The notes beneath the pieces are model-generated. The model saw nothing but the letters and a program-made list of their open reading frames with translations. It had not been told where the DNA came from and did not search any database. Below are positions 25,701 through 32,000 of a stretch of 32,000 nt of DNA, piece by piece; within the stretch, counting starts at the first letter, position 1; the number at the start of each line of letters is the position of its first letter. This DNA comes from Nostoc punctiforme PCC 73102 (GTDB taxonomy: Bacteria; Cyanobacteriota; Cyanobacteriia; Cyanobacteriales; Nostocaceae): positions 780,001-812,000 of the forward strand of contig NC_010628.1 in assembly GCF_000020025.1 (NCBI RefSeq), in the 5' to 3' direction. Position numbers and translations under genes: made by a program.

Positions 25701-28700
25701 ATAGCTACTTGGAAGCTGTGAAAAAGCTTTGAAAAACAAAATACTATTTTTATAAACATTACCAAGCCGAACTAATAGGAAGTAGGGCTTAGTAATACCG
25801 TATTTTATTTTAAATTGATGAATATTTTCCTGAGTAGCTACTAAAAACGTTGTATGGTCAACCCCATTCTCAGCAATTGTTACAGACTCTAAGGCGATTT
25901 GTGGAAAGTAGGTTACTAAATCCCGTGCTGTATTTTTTGAAACCGCAATAAAGGCAGATGCGTGTTTAATTGCATAATGTTTTTCTTGCCAGATGATATG
26001 ATTTAAGTTTGAACCTATTAGTTCTGCTATCATGTCATGTGCCATGAATACAGAAGGTGTAGTAATTGGTGTTGTATGATAAGAAGAAATAAATAAATCT
26101 GCGCCTTCTTCATCGCACACTTGCTGTAGCATTGAGCGATCAGATTCAATATTATCGTAATCATGATATGAGATTGTGCGATATCTAATACCAGGAATTA
26201 TGGGTGCAGTACCATCACGGTCAAGGAGAATAATATGTTTAGCAAATCCATTTTTTGCCCATTGTTCTAACAATGATTGCCAGACACGAGCAATGCCAGT
26301 TTGATAAAGTTGAAAGAAAACACCATCAACTATAATTAGTGGTGTTGGTTTTTCAACTTGTGCAATTTGCTGCTGTATTTCATCTGGTTGTAAGAACTGC
26401 CAATTATTGCTGCTGAGTTCTTTTTGTGCAATTGGTACTATACCCAATTTTTCAGCAGTATCAACCCTAGTTTCATCTCTTACCCATGATAAGTATTCAC
26501 GCAGAAGAACTGGAAACTTAGTTATTTCCTGTAAAGCCTGCCACTGATAAACAGCATTACTGTAACCATAGTATTGCTCTTTAAATTGCAATTGTTGTGC
26601 TGTTACATAGGCAAAATGTTGGAAAATTAAACCAAGCCTTTCAGTTTCTTCATGTAAAAAAGGATTAACTGCCGCAACATTTTTATATTCACCATCTAAT
26701 GAGGTTTCTACTAATACGGGAGGTTCATGTGCTGCCCAAAATGCTCCTGGTTTAAATCTCCAAGTTCTTAGCCACTCTAGTTGAGGATTTTGTGTATAAC
26801 AGTTACGAGTACTGATAATTAATTTTTCTCCTACAAAATACCAGCACCAATAGAAAGCAGCTGTTTTCTCAGGGTTGCTAATGAACATTTCTCTAGCATC
26901 ACAAATCTGCTCTAATGTCCACAATTCATCTACATCAACCTGCCACAACAAACACTCCTCTTGAATGTTGACAATTGGTGCATTGACCATTTCTCGTTTT
27001 CCGTCCCAAAAAATACCCTCTGGTTTTCGGTATATTGTGACTTGGGTCGGGTAAAGTTGCGCTACTTCATCTAGATATTCTGTAGTCCCATCGTAACTAC
27101 GACCATTTTTATGGATTTCATCACTGATATTTCCACCTAGTTTCACACTCCAACTTGTGTCGTGTTTTAAGTCTGCTACACCTTCAACAATATGCCAATG
27201 CCATTTAAAAGGAAGATGTTTAAATACTTCAATGTGATACTTAATAAACGGTTGCCCATTTAGGACTATTGTAAAAAAATGAATTGGCAATTCTGGCATT
27301 GAGTTATTAACAGCATTCAAGACTTCTAATTCTTGACGAATAACCAGCTTAGGCAGTTCAGTTTTACAAATATTATCATTATTAAAAACGGATTCAAATA
27401 AGTATTGAGCAGCTTGATTTTCTGGTATTTTTCTGACTTCTTGTAGAATTTCTCTTAATGCACTCTTTCTAAGTATTCCAAATGACAACGCACTAAGCGG
27501 AATGTTGAGTAGTGGAAGTATTTCTAATGCTTGTGGATATGTAATGTTTCCCTGGCGGAATACAAGTTTTTGTTGCTGATTGAATACCCCAGAGATAAAT
27601 ACGCCATCCTCTATTCTGTTTTCTACAGTTGATAGCCAACCTCCGGTAAAAACTCCATTTATATCTTGAGAATCTGTAGATGTTAGGATATCAATGGCTG
27701 AGGATATAAATGATTCATCATACTGAGTATAGTTGTTAGCGATAAGTATATAATCTGCTACTATATTTTCTGTTAAAGATAAAATAGAGTCTATGATAGT
27801 TTGATAATTGCTTAATTCGCAATCATTAATTTCATATATCACTATGTTTTTATATCGAGATTTATGCAAATAATCAGGGAAAATTTGACTTTCAATCGGT
27901 GATAAAGTATTGTATTTTAGATATATAATAGCTACTAAAAAAATATCTGGAACTAAATTATTATGATAATTTAAACTCTGTTCTTTTATGAGAATTTTAT
28001 GATTTTCTATTTCTTGCAATTCTTGCTTGTAAAAATCTTCTTCTTGTTCTGGCAATCGATTATCCAAATCGTTACTAGGTAAATTATCGAGGGAAGAACC
28101 TAGCATAATTCTGTTACAAACTTTATCTAAGGTTGGATCATTACCTGGCTGCAAATCATCTAAACTTTCAAATCTCAATTCGTGGGAATAAAAATTCTTT
28201 ATACCAATTGAGCGAAATTTATGAGAAAATTTAAAGAAGTAAGCATTCGTAAAGCGATAAAGTCTCTTTAAATCTTCTGATGTTAGTTTAGATGAATCTT
28301 TCAATAGGTTATCAACGAGTTGATTTAGATGTTCAATACTAGTGTCTTGAATAGTGTATCGTGAGGCTTTTTCATAGGATGAAGTTGCTAATGTTGCTGT
28401 TGGTACACCTCTAGCGATCGCTTCAATTGCCACTGTGCTAAAAAAAGCGATCGCTGCATCTGTATGCCAAAGCAATGCATAAGAAGTTAACTGTTCAGAA
28501 GGCATTACAACGCGGACATTTTCTGGTATAGAAAATACCTGTTGATAAGCTTTTGATAAAAAATCGCTTTCTATTGGTGTATCTTTATTACCTCCTATAT
28601 AAGGATGATGACGAATTACTAAGTATTCATTTCTATTTTTAAATATCTCTATTAAATTTTTAATAATATCAAATTGCGTGGTAATTTTTACCTTCCCTTC

Positions 28701-29591
28701 TAGCGCCGCTAGTTCATCTTCGCTTGACGTAAATACAGCGAATATTTTTGCGTCTAACGGTATCCTAAGTTGATGATGGATATTTACAGGACTTGTTTGA
28801 AAGTTATAAAAAGCAGGCCAGTTTATATCTATACCATATTCACGCTTTATAAAATAATTTTTAGTCTGTACTAATTCTTCATTATTCAGTGTTATTTCTT
28901 CCCAAGCTTTTACACAATCTAAGGGTGGTTGGCAACTCCATGTAGGATGGTTATCAAAGAAAGCAAAGCTATCATCAATCGAACCTCTTTCGTGAGTAAT
29001 TACGTCAATTTTCATCTGATGTGCTACCTCAAATGCTATACGATAGGGAGCAAATCGACCATTAAACAGAAACACATTAGTCGGTTGATATTTATTAAAT
29101 AATCTAATTAACGCATTGTAAGTCACTAAACCATCTATTAAATATTTTCTATGGATATTCTGGACATAATTGCTAGATAGCCCTGCATCAGCTATTCTAA
29201 AGTGAGTATGAATGGTTGAAGTTACCCATTTACCAATTGGTAAACTATCATATTTAGCATTTTTATAGTCTTGAGGAAGGACTGTTTTCACCCATTGATT
29301 AGCAATAATATAATCGTCGTTTTCAATAAAATTACGTAGTTGCATATATGGAAGTCCAAATAAATCTTCAAAGAAGTTTTTGCCGACCTTAGCACAGTTT
29401 TCACATAATAATTCTTTGTTATTATTTAACCTTGTAATAGCGCAGTCATTGTAAACTCCGTCACAGCCTATAACCAAAACTTCACAACTGCGAAGTTGTA
29501 GACCAGTAGCTACAACAGCATCGAGTTGGTTATGAATTAACCAAAAGCCATACGGAGAAAAGAACAGAACCTTATTTTTTTTAGACATCAT
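22722..29591 (-). CDS. 2,289-aa multidomain glycosyltransferase: KpsS/KpsC-like, degenerate GT2-like, GT-A (DxD), GT4, 2x unknown module, TPR and GT41
   Basis: Single uninterrupted ORF. Approximate map (aa / nt):
- 1-450 / 29591-28240: Capsule_synth-like ([32 protein letters not shown]).
- 560-740: GT2-like with ANNY in place of DxD.
- 765-1060 / 27300-26410: GT-A-like ([18 protein letters not shown]).
- 1085-1440 / 26340-25270: GT4 ([19 protein letters not shown]).
- 1446-1760 / 25257-24430: duplicated [11 protein letters not shown] modules.
- 1770-1900: TPR.
- 1930-2289 / 23800-22725: GT41 ([56 protein letters not shown]). Confidence 0.8.
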   Translation of the reverse strand: MMSKKNKVLFFSPYGFWLIHNQLDAVVATGLQLRSCEVLVIGCDGVYNDCAITRLNNNKELLCENCAKVGKNFFEDLFGLPYMQLRNFIENDDYIIANQWVKTVLPQDYKNAKYDSLPIGKWVTSTIHTHFRIADAGLSSNYVQNIHRKYLIDGLVTYNALIRLFNKYQPTNVFLFNGRFAPYRIAFEVAHQMKIDVITHERGSIDDSFAFFDNHPTWSCQPPLDCVKAWEEITLNNEELVQTKNYFIKREYGIDINWPAFYNFQTSPVNIHHQLRIPLDAKIFAVFTSSEDELAALEGKVKITTQFDIIKNLIEIFKNRNEYLVIRHHPYIGGNKDTPIESDFLSKAYQQVFSIPENVRVVMPSEQLTSYALLWHTDAAIAFFSTVAIEAIARGVPTATLATSSYEKASRYTIQDTSIEHLNQLVDNLLKDSSKLTSEDLKRLYRFTNAYFFKFSHKFRSIGIKNFYSHELRFESLDDLQPGNDPTLDKVCNRIMLGSSLDNLPSNDLDNRLPEQEEDFYKQELQEIENHKILIKEQSLNYHNNLVPDIFLVAIIYLKYNTLSPIESQIFPDYLHKSRYKNIVIYEINDCELSNYQTIIDSILSLTENIVADYILIANNYTQYDESFISSAIDILTSTDSQDINGVFTGGWLSTVENRIEDGVFISGVFNQQQKLVFRQGNITYPQALEILPLLNIPLSALSFGILRKSALREILQEVRKIPENQAAQYLFESVFNNDNICKTELPKLVIRQELEVLNAVNNSMPELPIHFFTIVLNGQPFIKYHIEVFKHLPFKWHWHIVEGVADLKHDTSWSVKLGGNISDEIHKNGRSYDGTTEYLDEVAQLYPTQVTIYRKPEGIFWDGKREMVNAPIVNIQEECLLWQVDVDELWTLEQICDAREMFISNPEKTAAFYWCWYFVGEKLIISTRNCYTQNPQLEWLRTWRFKPGAFWAAHEPPVLVETSLDGEYKNVAAVNPFLHEETERLGLIFQHFAYVTAQQLQFKEQYYGYSNAVYQWQALQEITKFPVLLREYLSWVRDETRVDTAEKLGIVPIAQKELSSNNWQFLQPDEIQQQIAQVEKPTPLIIVDGVFFQLYQTGIARVWQSLLEQWAKNGFAKHIILLDRDGTAPIIPGIRYRTISYHDYDNIESDRSMLQQVCDEEGADLFISSYHTTPITTPSVFMAHDMIAELIGSNLNHIIWQEKHYAIKHASAFIAVSKNTARDLVTYFPQIALESVTIAENGVDHTTFLVATQENIHQFKIKYGITKPYFLLVRLGNVYKNSILFFKAFSQLPSSYGFDIVVTGSDGVLSPEFRAYTSGSIVHLLHLSDEELAIAYSGAVALVYPSKYEGFGLPILEAMACGCPVITCPNASIPEVAGEAAIYVNDNDVHEMANSLFEVQKPSIRHSLITAGLVQVQQFSWIKMAQTVSSVLINATLISLNLNKINLIIFPDWSQSEESLGLNLQQVIRAIATHPNNKNTTLLIDITNIAGEDAELFLSSVVMNLLIEEDLDVTEELEISLLGKLTDIQWKALLTRINARIILEHEDKQALAQVAVGKIHCCQIDNLSNQLNILFKREKNNLTNRGKVSIIDTLAVKDGNINIIIFPDWSQSEELLLLELEQAIKTVINHSDSSQITLLINTNGISEDDANLVLSTVAMNLLLAENFDITVECEISLLGNLDEIELRAIVPFLHGRIILQDENLEGLALFLIENIPAYEIESFNNIHIGQLVFDLSTRLFQEGRWTEAIAQYEKLLEIQSVNADIYCNLSYCYRQLNLLDEYFHTLQQGIELYPTEGRLHFSLIIDLRRNGLIQEAISSAEKAHICLPNDYTFQILKYLTVPSIYENQEEINFYRQRFTQGLQDLIQQTYLKTTKEQQSALAGIGRLTNFYLSYQAQNDIDLQRQYGKLVHEIMAANYPQWIVPLSMPKLQPNNKIRIGYASHYLHSYSGTLWLTGWLRYCDRKNFEIYCYYTGNEPDPITQQFQSYSDVFHHIPHNLPAACEQIIADKLHILVFPEIGMDAKTMQMAGLRLAPLQCVAWGHPVTTGLPTIDYFLSSELMEPENAQEHYSEKLIRLPNIGVSYPKPYIPPVIKTRSDFRLEDDAVIYLCCQAPFKYLPQYDFIFAEIACRLPQAKFVFLRGTLLEPRLKRAFAAVGLNSEDYCVFLSIPERLDYLMINLLSDVYLDTFTWSGGNTTLEAIACNLPIVTCPGEFMRGRHSDSFLKMLGVTDTIAQNEAEYIEIAVKLGLDQAWRRNIAERMSQNHDRLFDDKACVTGLEAFYKEVCSKH
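24430..25260. repeat. Internal tandem duplication (two ~115-aa modules, 468 nt apart) inside the giant ORF
   Basis: [81 protein letters not shown] versus [81 protein letters not shown]. The Trp codons are at 25230 and 24762. Confidence 0.85.
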
Positions 29592-29768
29592 GTTGATTTA
29601 GTTGCTAATAAAAAAACAAATTGTTTGTGCAATATTTTTAAATAAAACTGCTGATTATAATCAAAATTATAAGCTCACTTTAATATAACTTTTTTACTGA
29701 TAGTAGTTATAGTTGCAATAATTTATAATACCCAATACTTGCAAAAATATTTCATTCAAATTATAAAA

Positions 29769-30746
29769 CTAAATTATCGACTTGCACAATTGAGCTACTC
29801 GTAAATCTGCATTATGCTGCTGCTTAAAAAATGTCTTATCTATTTCTCTATGGGTTGAATTCAAAAATTCCTGTACCTTTTTTTGCGATTTTAAAGGGAC
29901 AGTAACTCCCCATTTATTGGTCATCAGTGTATCATTCACACCCATAAGCAAACTGCCTGCTGGTATCCCCATTAAAACCGCTTCAATGAGAATGATGGAA
30001 GTAATTCCCAAAACAATATCCTGTTGTTGCAGGGTGTCTAGTATGTCGGTACTTTCGTCAATTGCAAACGGTAAGCCTGATTTTGCCAGCAAATCAAGGG
30101 AATCACGACACTTACCTTGGCGTGGATGAAACCGGATCAGCAATTTTTTCAAAGGTTTATAGTCAGTTAACACCTTAATTAAGATGTGAAGAATTTCAAT
30201 CTCGTTAGCATTGGGTTGAGAAGCAAATAAAATATTTTGTACTACTTCTAGAGTATTTTTTCTAGATTTTTTTCTAGCAACCAACCAAGCAAAATAAGGC
30301 TGTCCTACAATGCAAATTCGATTTTTTGGTAATCCATCGGTAAGCATTCCTGTCGCACACACTTCATCTATGGCTGTGATAATATTTGGAAAAATTGCTT
30401 CTGCATCAGGATTGTTGAATGGTTGAAAACGCTGACGATAATTTGCCCAATAGTCTATAACAGCAACACTAGGAATACCCTCTTGCCTTGCCCAAAAAAT
30501 AGCATCGCGTTCAAACTCATCATTTTGAGATGTTCCTGTTAGCAGAATATCTCCTTTTAATCTCACAAAAAGAATTTGGTGTTCTTCAGAAATTGGCGTA
30601 CAAGCAACTGCAAGACGTTGAAATTGACGGATGGCTGGGCCTTTAGCATACGCTTCTACCTCTGTACCTGCTGCCCGCAAGGCTGCAACCGTTGCAGCCA
30701 CAGCATTAGCACCGCCTGGATCGTGAGCGATCGCAATAATCTTCAT
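29769..30746 (-). CDS. Hypothetical protein (Rossmann / GT-B-like by appearance), translationally coupled to the DegT gene
   Basis: 325-aa ORF starting MKIIAIAHDPGGANAVAATVAAL. Its ATG (30744-30746) overlaps the TGA (30743-30745) of the upstream aminotransferase. No family recognised with confidence. Confidence 0.65.
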   Translation of the reverse strand: MKIIAIAHDPGGANAVAATVAALRAAGTEVEAYAKGPAIRQFQRLAVACTPISEEHQILFVRLKGDILLTGTSQNDEFERDAIFWARQEGIPSVAVIDYWANYRQRFQPFNNPDAEAIFPNIITAIDEVCATGMLTDGLPKNRICIVGQPYFAWLVARKKSRKNTLEVVQNILFASQPNANEIEILHILIKVLTDYKPLKKLLIRFHPRQGKCRDSLDLLAKSGLPFAIDESTDILDTLQQQDIVLGITSIILIEAVLMGIPAGSLLMGVNDTLMTNKWGVTVPLKSQKKVQEFLNSTHREIDKTFFKQQHNADLRVAQLCKSII

Positions 30747-32000
30747 TTATCTTTTCCTCGACTTAACTCTTCAGCATGAGCCAGGACTTTAGCAACAGAA
30801 GCTACGAAACGATCAACTAAGTCAATACCCCCAGGTATTTGGATGAGAGTTGTAGATAAAAGTGTCTCGTTATATGTCTTTTCAGCTATGGGACAGACAC
30901 CAGTAGGATGACTGACAATTGTCTTGCCTTCTTGTTGCAGCTTTTGGAAAAGAGGTAGTCTGTATAAAGGACGCACATAACGCCCCGTTAAAGGACATCC
31001 TTCTGCTTGAAGTGCCTCCACAAATCTGTCCCGCGACAATCCAGCTTGTTGTGGATCGATCCAGATGGGATATGTATAGTAAACATGGCGATCGCCACTG
31101 CCAACTTTAGCCGTCCGCAATGCTTTAAACTTAGACAAGCCTTGGTCTAAAGCTTCAGCAATTTTTAGCCGTGGCTGTGTCAATTCTTCCAAACGTTGGA
31201 GTTGAACCTGAGCGATCGCCCCTTGAAGTTCAGTTAAACGGTAATTGTAACCAACAATATCAGCATCTTCATACCAGTTTTCCGCTTCTATTGCGTTCTC
31301 TCCATGATTACGCACCAGTGCTACTCGCCGCGCCAAGTAATCATCATTAGTGACTACAATCCCCCCTTCACCACACTGAATCGTTTTGTGACAATTGAGG
31401 CTGAAAACTCCCAAATGCGCAATTGTCCCCAACCAACGGCCCTGATGCTGACCTCCTGGTGCTTGGGCATTGTCCTCAATTAGAATCAAACCATGTCGAT
31501 CTGCTAATTTACGTAAGCGCACCAGTTGGGCTGGGCCCCCAAACAAATTGACTGCGATAATTGCTTTTGTGCGTGTGCTAATAGCACCTTCAACAGCTTC
31601 TGGATCAATGCAGCAACTAGCCTCCTCATGATCGACAAAAACAGGAGTACCATTTGCCATAACCACTGCTGTTGCCGTTGCTGACATCGTTTGCGGTGGC
31701 ACAATTACCTCATCACCAAAACTAACACCAGCTGCAATCACAGCGGCATGTAAACCACTAGTAGCAGAGTTAACACTCAAAGCGTGACGAACATTAAAGT
31801 AGTTAGCCCATTGTTCTTCTAATGTGCGAACTTGTTTCCCACCCATAAAGTACAGCCCAGCAGCACCGATATAGTCAGATAAAATACCGCTTTTCAATAC
31901 TTGAATCGCGGCCTCTGTCTCCTGAAAACTAGTACTGATATACCTTGGTAATGGCTCTGGAAAAACCTTGGAACCTCCGAGTAAAGCCGGTTTTTCTCTA
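30743..32000 (-). CDS. DegT/DnrJ/EryC1/StrS-family PLP-dependent sugar aminotransferase; N-terminus runs off the window
   Basis: SATSGLHAAVIAAG, DEVIVPPQTMSATA and FSLNCHKTIQCGEGGIVVTND (PLP lysine). The track start at 31897 is TTG. My translation stays open upstream to position 32000 (...EKPALLGGSKVFPEPLPRYISTSFQETEAAIQVLKSG...), matching the usual DegT N-terminus, so the true start is outside the window. Confidence 0.85.
   Translation of the reverse strand, partial: REKPALLGGSKVFPEPLPRYISTSFQETEAAIQVLKSGILSDYIGAAGLYFMGGKQVRTLEEQWANYFNVRHALSVNSATSGLHAAVIAAGVSFGDEVIVPPQTMSATATAVVMANGTPVFVDHEEASCCIDPEAVEGAISTRTKAIIAVNLFGGPAQLVRLRKLADRHGLILIEDNAQAPGGQHQGRWLGTIAHLGVFSLNCHKTIQCGEGGIVVTNDDYLARRVALVRNHGENAIEAENWYEDADIVGYNYRLTELQGAIAQVQLQRLEELTQPRLKIAEALDQGLSKFKALRTAKVGSGDRHVYYTYPIWIDPQQAGLSRDRFVEALQAEGCPLTGRYVRPLYRLPLFQKLQQEGKTIVSHPTGVCPIAEKTYNETLLSTTLIQIPGGIDLVDRFVASVAKVLAHAEELSRGKDK

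Noticed and set aside
1-32000. Search for tRNA, rRNA, intact transposase/integrase, reverse transcriptase or cas genes
   Set aside because: I found no T-loop-type motifs (GGTTCGAATCC or its complement) and no rRNA-like stretches. No ORF carried DDE, tyrosine-recombinase, RT or Cas signatures. Only the start-less HTH remnant at 16346..16561 hints at past mobile DNA.

Overview
All calls come from reading the sequence and ORF translations; no database search was run. The window looks like chromosomal DNA of a heterocyst-forming (Nostoc/Anabaena-type) cyanobacterium. The octamer GCGATCGC (HIP1) recurs in most genes, STRR-like heptamer arrays are present, and an NTRC-type thioredoxin reductase is encoded.

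The left half (1-16.1 kb) is mainly envelope and housekeeping genes: GT2 glycosyltransferase, NlpC/P60 peptidase, beta-lactamase-like serine hydrolase, metallophosphoesterase, ROK glucokinase, ABC permease and NTRC. It is interrupted by three things:
- a GHL10-type glycosidase gene split by one in-frame TAA;
- an A+T-rich, gene-poor stretch (7.25-9.0 kb) with an orphan 167-aa ORF, followed by two tandem TIR-domain genes (TIR-coiled-coil and TIR-TPR, the latter built from near-identical 102/204-bp repeats);
- a PIN-type toxin-antitoxin pair.

The right half (16.1-32 kb) reads as an A+T-richer glycosylation island. It holds two SAM methyltransferases (with a duplicated 5' flank), a type IV pilin-like gene, a TPR-GT41 (OGT/SPINDLY-like) gene and a convergent 2,289-aa ORF. 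That ORF fuses KpsS-like, GT-A-like, GT4 and GT41 glycosyltransferase domains with TPRs and a duplicated unknown module. An unknown 325-aa protein is translationally coupled to a DegT-family sugar aminotransferase.

I recognised no rRNA, tRNA, CRISPR array or intact transposase. The best candidates for something undescribed are the multi-glycosyltransferase megaprotein with the pilin/GT41 locus, and the stand-alone TIR gene pair.
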